Shown: piece after piece, positions 15,272 through 24,636 of the stretch
Layout of the letters: each line of letters starts with the position of its first letter
Position numbering within the stretch: position 1 is the first letter of the stretch
From: a virus
Strand: one strand, 5' to 3'
Length of the DNA: 39,843 nt
Virus record (IMG/VR): IMGVR_UViG_3300029893_000027
The notes under the pieces: model-generated
Databases searched by the model: none
What the model was told of the DNA's origin: nothing
What the model saw: the letters and a program-made list of their open reading frames with translations, nothing else
Made by a program: the position numbers and the translations under genes

Positions 15272-16015
15272 ATGGCAGACCCAAGAACAACAGTATGGGG
15301 TAAACAAGTCGGGCCAACAGTTGTCGGTCAAGACATTTATGAGGAAAGTAGCACGCCAAAATGTAGAATTGGTTTACTACTGCAGCTTGGTGACCGTTTC
15401 TTTCGCTATGCAAAGAATGGAGCTGTTGCATTAGCAAAAGGGAAGATGACACAAGGAGCAGTAGCAATTGCAAACCACAGGAATATAGTAGTTGCAGCTG
15501 CTGCACCTGCTGCTACAACAACAGTAACTGTCACTTTAGGTGCAACTGCAGTGGTAGCAAACCAATATGCAGATGGTTACTTGCACGTAAATAATGAAGC
15601 TGGAGAAGGCGTGACATATAGAATTAAGTCACACCCAGCTGCAGCTGCAAGTGCAAACCTCGTAGTTACACTATATGATGCACTTGAGACTGCACTTACA
15701 ACAACAAGCAGAGTGACGTTGACAAAGGGCAAGTATGATAGTGTGGTAATTGCACCAGCCGCTGGTTTAACAAGTGCAGCAACGGGAGTTCCTCTCATTA
15801 ATGTCGCCGCAGGCAACTTCTTCTGGATGCAGACAAAAGGCCCTGCAGCTGTTCTTACACAAGGAACAATTGTGATTGGGCAGAATGTTGGATTAGGTGG
15901 CACAGTTGATGGTGCTTGTGGCCCAGTAGGTGCAGTGACAACTGACGTCTGGGGTCGTGTTCTTCAAGTCAATGCAAGCACTGACTATAGCTTAATTGAC
16001 CTATCACTTGAATAA
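15272..16015 (+). CDS. Virion protein, possibly head decoration/cement (A/V/T-rich beta protein)
   Basis: Strong SD GAAGGAGG, immediately after the capsid gene. Motifs such as GDRFFRYAKNGAVALAKG and GYLHVNNEAGEG recall DUF2190-type decoration proteins. This is from memory and not verified. Confidence 0.45.
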   Translation: MADPRTTVWGKQVGPTVVGQDIYEESSTPKCRIGLLLQLGDRFFRYAKNGAVALAKGKMTQGAVAIANHRNIVVAAAAPAATTTVTVTLGATAVVANQYADGYLHVNNEAGEGVTYRIKSHPAAAASANLVVTLYDALETALTTTSRVTLTKGKYDSVVIAPAAGLTSAATGVPLINVAAGNFFWMQTKGPAAVLTQGTIVIGQNVGLGGTVDGACGPVGAVTTDVWGRVLQVNASTDYSLIDLSLE

Positions 16016-16102
16016 CACACTCAATGTGGGGTGCGCATACATTATCACGCACAACTTAACTTAGGTAAACGGCAAGTATCGGCACTAAGGAGGTGAAAAA
16101 AG

Positions 16103-16561
16103 ATGGCATTAACAGTTACACTCGACACACCTCACGCAGAGAGGATTAGTCGCAACTTGGGCATACTGATAGGAACAATTACCTTTGACAGTAGCTACCC
16201 AACTGGCGGTGAGCCACTCACACCAGCTATAACAGGTCAATTTATGACTCTACTTCGTATGACATTTGACCAAAGAGGTGGTTACCTTTTCGAGTTTGAT
16301 AGGGCAAACAAGAAAGTAAAAGTCCTACACCCAAGAGCAGCAATTGCAAGCACTCTTGCAGTTTCTACCCCAGCGCTTGCCCACGAAGCAGGTGCAACAA
16401 CAGTTACATCTACCGCTGCAACAATGCCCAGCCACGCAGCAGCATCTTGCACCATTTCTGGAGTGGCTGGTGTGGCAGCAGGTGCGGGTGCAGAAGTTCC
16501 CAATGGGACTAACTTAAGTGCGCTGACAGGTGTGAGTTTCATAGCAGTAGGGTTAATTTAA
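16103..16561 (+). CDS. Virion structural protein (unknown role)
   Basis: Strong SD AAGGAGGTGA in the head-module context, with an A/T/S-rich C-terminal half. Confidence 0.6.
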   Translation: MALTVTLDTPHAERISRNLGILIGTITFDSSYPTGGEPLTPAITGQFMTLLRMTFDQRGGYLFEFDRANKKVKVLHPRAAIASTLAVSTPALAHEAGATTVTSTAATMPSHAAASCTISGVAGVAAGAGAEVPNGTNLSALTGVSFIAVGLI

Positions 16562-16562
16562 T

Positions 16563-16961
16563 ATGCCTGCAAACAAAGAGTATATTGCAGTGCTTGAGCA
16601 CTATGGGAGGATGACAGGTGATTATGCACAGCTGGAACCTGTCGTCCTCCGTGACTTACAAGAAAATAAAGGTTTATTCAAAGATGTGAAATGGTCTGAT
16701 GTAGTGCCAGGCACTCAACTTTATGATGATATTGTTGATGCATACTGGGAAAGATTAGGCGACTTTGGGATTCCCGATGATGACTTTACTCGTGCTTTAT
16801 GGTGGTTAACACCTGGTAGATATGCAAGGACAGGTGGGGACATAGAAAAGATTGAGAGTAAGAGGATAAGAGAAATAATGAGAGGACGAGAGAAAAGGTT
16901 GCGTGAACACATCAACAAAACTGAAGGGACAGCAGGAGCAATTTTTGAGAGGATGAGATGA
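16563..16961 (+). CDS. Hypothetical protein (132 aa)
   Basis: Packed 1 nt after the upstream stop. Function unknown. Confidence 0.6.
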   Translation: MPANKEYIAVLEHYGRMTGDYAQLEPVVLRDLQENKGLFKDVKWSDVVPGTQLYDDIVDAYWERLGDFGIPDDDFTRALWWLTPGRYARTGGDIEKIESKRIREIMRGREKRLREHINKTEGTAGAIFERMR

Positions 16962-17069
16962 AGAAACGTCGCAATCTACGCCTGATGATACACTCATTAG
17001 ATTATTTAGATAGAGGGCTGCAATTGTTGAGACAAGCAATAAAAAGGGAAATGAGTGCAAGGAGGAAAG

Positions 17070-17750
17070 ATGACAAGGTCAGAGATAAGAACAGAAGTAA
17101 GAAGTAACATAAAGAGGACAACTGATGGCGTCCCTGATAGTAGAATAAACACTTGGATAAATTGGGGACAGGCGTTGATTGCTGATTGGCACACATACGA
17201 AGAGATGAGAAAGAACTACACAGCTGCAACAGTAAGTGCACAAAAAAGGTATGGTTTCCCCACACGGATGAAGGACGTTTACTCACTCACCTTGCAAGAT
17301 GGTGCATCTTCCAGAAAGTTGATATATGTGCATCCTCGTGAGTTCGACCAGAAAGTGCCCCGTCCAGAGCAAACAACCAAAGGACGTTCTGCATTCTACG
17401 TAGACTATGGCGTGAACTTTGAGTTGTATCGCATACCAGACAAAGCATACACTCTCAACTTGCGATGTTCTGTCTACCCAGCTGACCTTACTGCTGACAG
17501 CAGTGAAAGTACATTACTTAGGAAAGACCAATTGATTGTTGCATGTGCAACAATGTTTGGTTTTCTCTCCTTACGTGAGATAGAAGATGCAACATACTGG
17601 AAGAATGAAGTGGTGGCGCCGTTGTATTTGGCAAGTGTGGCAAGTGACCACAGCGCAGAAGATTGGGTACCGATTGCAAGAGGGTATGACACGAGAGTTG
17701 AAAGAGTAGGTGAATATTGGAGTAATCCTTTAGTAAAGGCGATGCCGTAA
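17070..17750 (+). CDS. Head-tail adaptor/connector-like protein (putative)
   Basis: Position between the head and fiber genes. The ATG at 17070 after AGGAGG is preferred over the track GTG at 17055. Confidence 0.45.
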   Translation: MTRSEIRTEVRSNIKRTTDGVPDSRINTWINWGQALIADWHTYEEMRKNYTAATVSAQKRYGFPTRMKDVYSLTLQDGASSRKLIYVHPREFDQKVPRPEQTTKGRSAFYVDYGVNFELYRIPDKAYTLNLRCSVYPADLTADSSESTLLRKDQLIVACATMFGFLSLREIEDATYWKNEVVAPLYLASVASDHSAEDWVPIARGYDTRVERVGEYWSNPLVKAMP

Positions 17751-17772
17751 TTTTTCGTATGTTCAATATAAA

Positions 17773-17994
17773 ATGAATTGGGAAGAACAAACACCAAACA
17801 CAACAAATTGGGTTGAGGTAGGACCTGAAGTAACGAGTCACACAGAAATAACACCAAATACACAAGTTTGGGATGAGACAATACCAAATATAAAGGTGTG
17901 GAATGAAGAGCCGACATTACTTCTTAATAACCAAGAGAATATACTAAATAACACAGAAGAGTGGACAAATGAAGGATTACCAAATTGGAGATAA
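17773..17994 (+). CDS. 73-aa Trp-repeat protein
   Basis: Contains internal repeats TPNTTNWVE, TPNTQVWDE, IPNIKVWNE and NTEEWTNE. No SD. Confidence 0.5.
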   Translation: MNWEEQTPNTTNWVEVGPEVTSHTEITPNTQVWDETIPNIKVWNEEPTLLLNNQENILNNTEEWTNEGLPNWR

Positions 17995-17997
17995 GAG

Positions 17998-18999
17998 ATG
18001 GCATTTGATAAATCACCATTAGGTCAGACAATCAAACATTTAACTGAACGCTTTAATCAACTTATTGATGATTTGCTTTCCACTACGAGTGGGAAAGGTG
18101 CATCACAAATTGGCATTGAAGATAACACAAGCAGATACACATCTACGAATGTAGAAGATGGATTGGCAGAAATTGCAGGTTCTGGTAGGACCACAGAGAC
18201 AGTCAAAGGAAACAAAGACCTGATTGGCGCAAATAAAACCACTTGCGACGATAGAAAAACAGAATTTGATACGCACAAAGCTGGAACTGCAAAAGCACAA
18301 CACACAGCTGGACTTGGTGCACACGCAGCAGACCACCAACCAGGCGGAACAGATGTTGTTTTAGAGAAAGCCACAGGCACAGATGTCAACACAGGCACAG
18401 ATAACACTAAATTCACCACTCCAAAAGCAATAGAAGATAGTAGATTATGGAGAAATCTTAGAGATGCAGATAAAGACACAACAGTTGACGTAGAAGAAAC
18501 TGCTGACGCTGATACCATCGTTGGAAAAGTAGCAGGAGTTGAGGCATTAAGATTTCATACTTCTGGAATTCTGGATTTACCGAAGCAGTCAGGATGTTTA
18601 GTTACAAATGGTGTAATTCAGGTTATACCATCTGGAGCTGATACAAAAGTAGTTTTAAATGGTAAAGAGTATGATACTCAAAACGAATTTGATGCAACTA
18701 CAAACTATAGATGGACAACTACAAAAGTAGGAAAGTATTTAGTTACGCTAAAAGTAAGATTAGAAACTACCGACGGGATGCCTTGGAGACTTTCACTGCA
18801 TAAAAATAGTGCAGCGCATGTCTATTTTTTCTCAATTCCAGGTGCTACTACAATAGAACATAGTTGTGGTTTCTCAATTCCGCTTCACCTTGGTGCAGGT
18901 GATTATCTTGAGATGTATGTTTACCAGACGACAGGGGCTAATAAAAATTTGTATGCGACGCTTTATAATTGCCATTTCTCAGTTACGAAACTATTTTAA
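17998..18999 (+). CDS. Tail fiber protein
   Basis: Fiber-like N-terminal motifs (GASQIGIEDN...NVEDGLAEIAG, KFTTPKAIEDS) and a beta-rich C-terminal domain. Confidence 0.65.
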   Translation: MAFDKSPLGQTIKHLTERFNQLIDDLLSTTSGKGASQIGIEDNTSRYTSTNVEDGLAEIAGSGRTTETVKGNKDLIGANKTTCDDRKTEFDTHKAGTAKAQHTAGLGAHAADHQPGGTDVVLEKATGTDVNTGTDNTKFTTPKAIEDSRLWRNLRDADKDTTVDVEETADADTIVGKVAGVEALRFHTSGILDLPKQSGCLVTNGVIQVIPSGADTKVVLNGKEYDTQNEFDATTNYRWTTTKVGKYLVTLKVRLETTDGMPWRLSLHKNSAAHVYFFSIPGATTIEHSCGFSIPLHLGAGDYLEMYVYQTTGANKNLYATLYNCHFSVTKLF

Positions 19000-19011
19000 T
19001 AAGAAGGTAAA

Positions 19012-19251
19012 ATGGGAGAATATAGAATTGTATTAACACCAGAAGAAGAAAAAGCATTGCTTACGGATATGATTTCAATTCAGGAGTGGATAGAGAATGC
19101 AATCAAAAACAAGGCCCGACAATGTATTGACGAAATCGTTGAGCGAAGTGGGTTGGGTAGTCAATATACACCACTTGAGAAAAAATTGGAAATTATTAAG
19201 TCTTTGAAGTTAGAAACTGCTGAAGAAAGAAGTAAAAAATCAACAATTTGA
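19012..19251 (+). CDS. Hypothetical protein (79 aa), possible fiber assembly factor by position
   Basis: SD AAGAAGGTAAA. It follows the fiber gene directly. Confidence 0.55.
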   Translation: MGEYRIVLTPEEEKALLTDMISIQEWIENAIKNKARQCIDEIVERSGLGSQYTPLEKKLEIIKSLKLETAEERSKKSTI

Positions 19252-19269
19252 AGTAGGAGGTGAAAAGCA

Positions 19270-19440
19270 ATGTTAGACAAAATCCGACAGGTGTTAGCTG
19301 GCAAAAAGACTTATCTCGTTGGTATCGTGACCATCATCGGCGTCTTGATTACTTGGGTAGAGACAGGCGAACTCAACTGGAACTTGTTGATGACCACAAT
19401 TTTAGCAATGACACTTAGAGCAGGCATTGCAAAAAAGTAA
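19270..19440 (+). CDS. 56-aa two-TM membrane protein (holin-like)
   Basis: Hand-translated: MLDKIRQVLAGKKTYLVGIVTIIGVLITWVETGELNWNLLMTTILAMTLRAGIAKK. SD GTAGGAGGTGAAAAGCA. Below the track cutoff. Confidence 0.55.
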   Translation: MLDKIRQVLAGKKTYLVGIVTIIGVLITWVETGELNWNLLMTTILAMTLRAGIAKK

Positions 19441-19444
19441 TCTT

Positions 19445-19511
19445 GGGTGCTTTCGTAGTAACCAAAGAACTATTAAGTGGTAGACTGAAAATTGGTTACT
19501 GTGAAACACCC
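19445..19511 (+). other. 67-nt extended imperfect hairpin in a 133-nt intergenic gap
   Basis: GGGTGCTTTC pairs with GAAA-CACCC, and AGTAACCAA pairs with TTGGTTACT, around a 26-nt apical loop. No tRNA-like T-arm and no U-tract. Confidence 0.5.
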
Positions 19512-19573
19512 GCAGGGACAAAATACTGGGGATTTAAATACTCTTTTAGGTGGTAGATGTCAGAAAATAAGAC

Positions 19574-19819
19574 ATGAACAAAGAAAAGGTAAATAATTTT
19601 GGTATTCTGTTTCGCTTCATTACTCCCATTTTGATAACTATTATGTTATATATGTTGACGATGATGCAAACAAACATCTCAACATTACAATCAGACATCA
19701 AGGAGATAAAAGAGCATTTCGTAAATCATTTAAAGGAACACAAACAAGTAGAAGTGTTGATGGAGAAACGTCTAACAAGAATAGAAACATTGCTAAATGC
19801 AATGGACAAAGGAAGGTGA
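19574..19819 (+). CDS. 81-aa N-terminal-TM plus coiled-coil protein
   Basis: TM segment FGILFRFITPILITIMLYMLTMM. The start overlaps (ATGA) a 6-codon upstream mini-ORF (19557-19577, MSENKT) that carries the SD AGGTGGT. Confidence 0.6.
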   Translation: MNKEKVNNFGILFRFITPILITIMLYMLTMMQTNISTLQSDIKEIKEHFVNHLKEHKQVEVLMEKRLTRIETLLNAMDKGR

Positions 19820-19822
19820 CAT

Positions 19823-21016
19823 ATGGCAGCAACAAGAGCTTGGGATGAAACTAAACCTGCAGGACCTGATTATGTTAGTGAAGGGGATGATGAAATACGA
19901 GCCACGAAGGTTGATATCAGAGAAAGGTTAGCACTTGAGCACATTTGGAATGTCAATGTTACTGATGATGGGTTGCACAAAGATGGTTCGGCAAGAATAC
20001 AATCAGGCACAGATGCAACCAAACCTGCTTCACCTAAACTAAATCAACTCTATTATGCTACTGACACATATAAGTTGTATCATTGTAAGACTGCAGGGAG
20101 CTGGACTGACATAACCGCAGAATTTGCAGGATTTGTTCGACTGAGCGGTGCTCAGACAATCGCAGATGTAAAGACATTTGATTCTATTCCAGTTTTACCT
20201 GCTACTAACCCAACAGCGGATAATGAAGCAAGTAGAAAGGCATATGTAGATAGTTATTTTCCAGTGGTTGAAGCAAACATTGGTGCTTCCGTAGTCTCCC
20301 AGACAAAACTTAAAACTACAACAGGAGAAGTATCAACGACTATGGATGGTGCAAATGACCGTTTTTGGGGCATTCATCATAGATTATCAGGAGGAACTTA
20401 TGCGCCACGAGTTGTTCTTTGCAGCGTTGTAGCTACGGTAGGGGAAAACTGTTTAGTTGTAACTTTGACCCTTCCAGGAGGAGAATATGGATTTTACCCA
20501 AATGGTTACACCTCAGGAACAAACTCATATTTCAAACAACGTTACATCACCACCTCAGGTAAAGACCATTGGATATTTTTATTGGTAGATAAAGAAACAA
20601 ACCAAATTATTAGTAGTTATCAAGCATTAGACCACCCTTGTGCTAATCAAAGTAGAACGACTGAATTAGATATACCCCATCCATTTGGGTCGTATAACCC
20701 AGAAAAGTATGAAGTAGTAGTTGTAGATAATGACATCCTTGCTCAATTAAAAACGAAATTAAATCGAAGAAACTCTTTATTGTCCCTAATAAATGAGCAA
20801 TGCTTAATTGATGATACTAAAAGACCAAAGTATGAACCAAGAGAGATAATAAAAATAAATGAGTATCCTTCAGAACCAATTGGTGAAACTATTGCAAGAA
20901 TTAAAACTCCTCAGTGGGCGAAAATAATGATAAACCAAGATGAAATAACCCTTGAACAAAGAATAGTAGAAAAGTTGCCAGATTATATGTTGTATAAGAA
21001 GATAATCTTAAAATAA
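19823..21016 (+). CDS. Tail fiber/receptor-binding protein (putative)
   Basis: The N-terminus (WDETKPAGPDYVSEGDDEIRATKVDIRERLALEH) resembles conserved fiber anchors. Also KTFDSIPVLP...ASRKAYVDS. Confidence 0.55.
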   Translation: MAATRAWDETKPAGPDYVSEGDDEIRATKVDIRERLALEHIWNVNVTDDGLHKDGSARIQSGTDATKPASPKLNQLYYATDTYKLYHCKTAGSWTDITAEFAGFVRLSGAQTIADVKTFDSIPVLPATNPTADNEASRKAYVDSYFPVVEANIGASVVSQTKLKTTTGEVSTTMDGANDRFWGIHHRLSGGTYAPRVVLCSVVATVGENCLVVTLTLPGGEYGFYPNGYTSGTNSYFKQRYITTSGKDHWIFLLVDKETNQIISSYQALDHPCANQSRTTELDIPHPFGSYNPEKYEVVVVDNDILAQLKTKLNRRNSLLSLINEQCLIDDTKRPKYEPREIIKINEYPSEPIGETIARIKTPQWAKIMINQDEITLEQRIVEKLPDYMLYKKIILK

Positions 21017-21017
21017 A

Positions 21018-22799
21018 ATGCCAACAAGACGAAGACAATACCACAAAATATATGCGCCAATCGAAGGTTTGAAGTATGACCTTGCATCAACACTAATCCC
21101 TGAAGCAAACACACCTGCTTGCAATGAAGTCGTATTCAGGGAAGGTAAAATAAGCAAGGCAAGGGGCACATCCATTTTTGCACAGACCAACACATACCCG
21201 TTGAATGGAACGGTAATGCATTTGGACCAGTTTTACAAAAGTGATGGGTCGGAAAAGTTGGTGTGCCACTCAATTAGAGATGTGTATTGTTATAATACAG
21301 TGACCAACAAATTTGACCTCCTCACATTGTGTTATACCACGGGCACAGTAGCTGTGACGAATGGAAGTGCTGTGGTGACTGGCACAGGCACTTCTTGGGT
21401 AACTGCGGGAATAAAGGTAGGGGATAAGTTTGGTGTTGGTAACACTGACCCTAAATTGATTAGTGTGTGGTATACAGTTCAAACCGTAGACAGCGAGACA
21501 CAAATAACATTGACTGCCACATACACAGAAGCAAGTGCAATAGGTCAATCATACTGCATACGTAGGTTGTTTACTGGCGATGAGGACCATGCTTATAGCA
21601 GTGAGACAATGAATGACCTGTACATCTTTTGCAACTACGTTGATAACATTTACAAGTGGGATATGACTGCTACAACAGTTTCTTTATTGGGTGGTGCATC
21701 CACTCATAAAGCAAAGAAGATACTTAAGTATGGTGAACGCCTTTGTCTGTTTCATGTAGTTGATGGAGGAACAGCATACCCACAAAGGGTGCGTTGGTCA
21801 GTAGTGGCAAACCCAGAGGATTGGACTGGCACAGGGAGCGGATATGTTGATTTAATTGGCGTACTTGGTGTTGACTTCATACAAGGTGCAGAAAAGATTG
21901 GAAATTATGTGGCGGTGTATGGTGAACGCACTATTGCATTGATGGAATACAAGGCAGATGTCACCGAACCATTTACTTTTGACGCACGCCTGTCTGGTGT
22001 TGGTTTGGCAGCTCCTCGTGCAGTAATTAACTTAGGTGAAGAACATGTTTTTCTTGGTTGGGATAATGTGTATAGTTATAAAGGTGGAAGGAGTGCTGAA
22101 GGAATAGCGAATGGGATAAGAGAAGAATTATTTAGACTTATAACTCCAGAATACATTTGCCGCTCCTTTATGCTATATGTGGAAGAGACAGAGGAAATAT
22201 ATTTGTTTGTGCCGATTGCTGGAAGTTCAATACCCAACGCTCTCTTCATATATAACTTAAAAAATGGGAGTTGGAGCAGAGGTTCTCGTTCTTTCACTGG
22301 GTGCGGTTATTATGAGACGAAGAGTGCACCTACTTGGAATGAGATGACTATGACTTGGGATAGTTGCACTATTAGATGGGACGACAGTGCACTGCTTGCA
22401 CTTGCTCCTCTCAATTTGTTTGGTGACACAAGTGGTCGTGTGTATAAAGGTGATGCATTGAAGCACAATTTGTCTGGCATAGCAATAGATGGTTGGTGGC
22501 AAACAAAAGACTTTCTGGTTGGCGACGGTTATAGAAGAGAATTGACAAACTGGATGGAACTTAATTTCGAAGCGTTTGGGAACAGCGTTGGTGTCTCATA
22601 CAGCACTGATTCTGGTGACACTTGGAGTCCAGAAAAGATATTTCCGCTGACAAATGAGTGGGCACTGCAAAACTATGATATGGAAGTGAACTCTCCGCAG
22701 ATAAGGTTTCGTTTTCGTAACAATGGAATGAATGAAACATTTGAATTGAGGATGCTGGAAGTTGGCTTTTTGCCTGCATCGGATAGAGGTGTAAGTTAA
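21018..22799 (+). CDS. Large tail structural protein (tubular/nozzle-like, beta-rich)
   Basis: Assigned from size (593 aa), position, and W/G/Y-rich beta character. No specific motif recognised. Confidence 0.45.
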   Translation: MPTRRRQYHKIYAPIEGLKYDLASTLIPEANTPACNEVVFREGKISKARGTSIFAQTNTYPLNGTVMHLDQFYKSDGSEKLVCHSIRDVYCYNTVTNKFDLLTLCYTTGTVAVTNGSAVVTGTGTSWVTAGIKVGDKFGVGNTDPKLISVWYTVQTVDSETQITLTATYTEASAIGQSYCIRRLFTGDEDHAYSSETMNDLYIFCNYVDNIYKWDMTATTVSLLGGASTHKAKKILKYGERLCLFHVVDGGTAYPQRVRWSVVANPEDWTGTGSGYVDLIGVLGVDFIQGAEKIGNYVAVYGERTIALMEYKADVTEPFTFDARLSGVGLAAPRAVINLGEEHVFLGWDNVYSYKGGRSAEGIANGIREELFRLITPEYICRSFMLYVEETEEIYLFVPIAGSSIPNALFIYNLKNGSWSRGSRSFTGCGYYETKSAPTWNEMTMTWDSCTIRWDDSALLALAPLNLFGDTSGRVYKGDALKHNLSGIAIDGWWQTKDFLVGDGYRRELTNWMELNFEAFGNSVGVSYSTDSGDTWSPEKIFPLTNEWALQNYDMEVNSPQIRFRFRNNGMNETFELRMLEVGFLPASDRGVS

Positions 22800-22804
22800 C
22801 TACA

Positions 22805-23107
22805 ATGAGAATATATTTGCCAAGTAAAGTAATGCTGGTACCTGACTTAATTCTGCCAGAAACACCAGAGGAGCAAAGAGATGAGTTGCAAAGATGGCTG
22901 GCAGAACTGTGTCATTCAATAGAAGAATACTTTAGAAAGGCATATCTTGATGTAAGTATGGGGACGAGTAGATTTAGGATAACTGCATCTGTGCCAACTA
23001 CAGGGGATTTAGAAGAGGGAGAAATTTTGTTGTATGACAACCAAATTGACACAAGACGAATATATACTAAAATGAATGGAATACTGAGATATGTAACACT
23101 TACATAA
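22805..23107 (+). CDS. Hypothetical virion-module protein (100 aa)
   Basis: ORF in the operon. No SD. Confidence 0.55.
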   Translation: MRIYLPSKVMLVPDLILPETPEEQRDELQRWLAELCHSIEEYFRKAYLDVSMGTSRFRITASVPTTGDLEEGEILLYDNQIDTRRIYTKMNGILRYVTLT

Positions 23108-23122
23108 ACAAAGGAGGTAAAG

Positions 23123-24100
23123 ATGCCATTACCAAAGTGGGTACTTCCAGCAGCAATAGGAGCACTTGGAGGATTATTAGGAAGGCGTGGAATACGTGGG
23201 AGACCAGGGGGAATTGAGCGTATGCCAATTTTAGCACCAGAACAACAACGAATACTGGCAAGACTTACACCATTTGTTGAAGAACGAATTGGGCGAGGAT
23301 TACCTGCGTGGGAAGGACCATGGATAGCGCCACCTTCACCAGAAGAAGAAATAGGACTTGGAAGACTTGGTGAATATTTACGTGCTGGTATTCCAGAAAT
23401 AACAGAATTTGGTTTAGGACGGTTCAGGGAAGCACTTGCTGGACTAACACCAGAAGAGACAGAAGCGTGGTGGCGTGCATACAGACAACCAATGTGGCAG
23501 AGAATGTGGGAAGAAGAGATAGTGCCTGGATTGAGAGAGGCAAGAGTTGCACCAGGCACATTGTATGGGACGCCGTATGTGACAGATGTAGAAAGAATGA
23601 TGGGAAGGTGGGCAGAAGCACAACAGGCAGAACTTGGTAGAGCAATAATGGAAGAAAGGGAAGCAGCGAGAGCTATGTTACCTTACGTGCCAGAAATGGC
23701 TGCACTTGTTGAAGAGGCACCACTTCGTAGGGCACGGGCAGCAATGGAGTTAGGTGCATTGCCTCGATTGTTGAGACAAGCGGAAATTGCTGCTCAATTT
23801 GAGGAGTTCAGACGAACAACACCAGAATTATCACCTGTGCTTGATTTAGCAATGAATTTACTGCGTTTACAGACACAAGCAGCATTTTATAGACCGTATC
23901 GACCATCTCCACTCGTGGAAATACTTGGTGCAATTGCACCTGGGGTTGGAGCATACTTGGGCGGGTTAGCAACTGATGGGGTTAGTAGATTAGCTAGTGA
24001 AATAGCTGGCCAAATAGGGCCTGCCCTTTCTCGTCGTACTAGAGACCCATTAAGACCTATTACCAGACATGAGATAGAAGCTATTTTGAGAGGAGAGTAA
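23123..24100 (+). CDS. Internal virion/ejection protein candidate (325 aa, R/E/A/P-rich)
   Basis: SD AAAGGAGGTAAAG, an N-terminal hydrophobic segment (WVLPAAIGALGGLLG), and a position before the giant protein. Confidence 0.5.
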   Translation: MPLPKWVLPAAIGALGGLLGRRGIRGRPGGIERMPILAPEQQRILARLTPFVEERIGRGLPAWEGPWIAPPSPEEEIGLGRLGEYLRAGIPEITEFGLGRFREALAGLTPEETEAWWRAYRQPMWQRMWEEEIVPGLREARVAPGTLYGTPYVTDVERMMGRWAEAQQAELGRAIMEEREAARAMLPYVPEMAALVEEAPLRRARAAMELGALPRLLRQAEIAAQFEEFRRTTPELSPVLDLAMNLLRLQTQAAFYRPYRPSPLVEILGAIAPGVGAYLGGLATDGVSRLASEIAGQIGPALSRRTRDPLRPITRHEIEAILRGE

Positions 24101-24104
24101 TTTA

Positions 24105-24127
24105 GTATTTTCAATTTTTGAAATTAC
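24105..24127. promoter_or_regulatory. Palindrome-family copy 2 (GTATTTTCAATTTTTGAAATTAC)
   Basis: 20 of 23 positions match the copy at 6635-6657, including an identical TTAGTATTTTCAAT stretch. It lies 5 nt after a stop codon and 18 nt before the homing-endonuclease ATG. Confidence 0.65.
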
Positions 24128-24144
24128 GAAAGTGAGGTGTAATT

Positions 24145-24636
24145 ATGGCAGAGTTATTTTCCCAATTTGATTTGGGGTGGTTAGTTGGAATGATTGAAGG
24201 TGAAGGTTGTTTGAGTTGTAAAGCTGGATATGATAAAAGAGATGATAGAACCAGAGTAATGCTGAGGGTAACTATATCAACATCGAGTGTTCCTCTCAGA
24301 GACAATATAATTAGAGTATACAACGGGATGGGAGTTGAATATAGTATTCACGTAACTAAACCTAAGACTTATATCGGGAGAGATGTCTATCATATAAATG
24401 TTCAAGCACATAAAAGTATTTTAAAAGTTCTTTTACCAATAGTCAATTATTTGTTAAGTGGAAAAAAACAAATTGCTCAATCTATGATTGATTACATCAA
24501 AAATAGATTAGACAAAGGTGGGAAAGAAAAATATGATGATGTAGATTATTATTTAGCTAACAAAATAAGAAGTTTATGTACTGAATACAACATAAAAAAG
24601 GGTGCTAAAATGGGAGGTGAAATATGGCAGGTTTAA
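24145..24636 (+). CDS. LAGLIDADG homing endonuclease (single-motif, free-standing)
   Basis: Motif WLVGMIEGEGCLS at residues 12-24, I-CreI-like size (163 aa), SD GTGAGGTG. Confidence 0.85.
   Translation: MAELFSQFDLGWLVGMIEGEGCLSCKAGYDKRDDRTRVMLRVTISTSSVPLRDNIIRVYNGMGVEYSIHVTKPKTYIGRDVYHINVQAHKSILKVLLPIVNYLLSGKKQIAQSMIDYIKNRLDKGGKEKYDDVDYYLANKIRSLCTEYNIKKGAKMGGEIWQV

Noticed and set aside
16958-17107. 49-aa basic ORF (MKKRRNLRLMIHSLDYLDRGL...) coupled by ATGA to the 16563..16961 stop
   Set aside because: It overlaps the adaptor-like gene start by 38 nt and has no independent support. It may be real, but the evidence is too weak to list as a feature.
19445-19511. tRNA-sized structured segment
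   Set aside because: It has no 7-bp acceptor stem, no GTTCRANYC T-loop and no D-arm. It folds as one long hairpin. No other tRNA-like sequence was seen in the window.
23047-23075. TTGACA-16-TAAAAT promoter-like site inside 22805..23107, and other intragenic TTGACA hits (13255, 11517, 22545)
   Set aside because: They lie within coding sequence of a continuous operon, and the -10 elements are weak or absent. They could be chance matches in AT-rich DNA, so they are not reported as features.
22912-23559. 215-aa antisense ORF, together with similar shadows at 26185..26778, 29567..30169, 11171..11584, 10536..10952, 17474..17917, 18057..18518 and 4663..5088
   Set aside because: All lie antisense to well-supported genes, lack an SD, and have biased Ser/Leu/Pro-rich composition typical of shadow ORFs.
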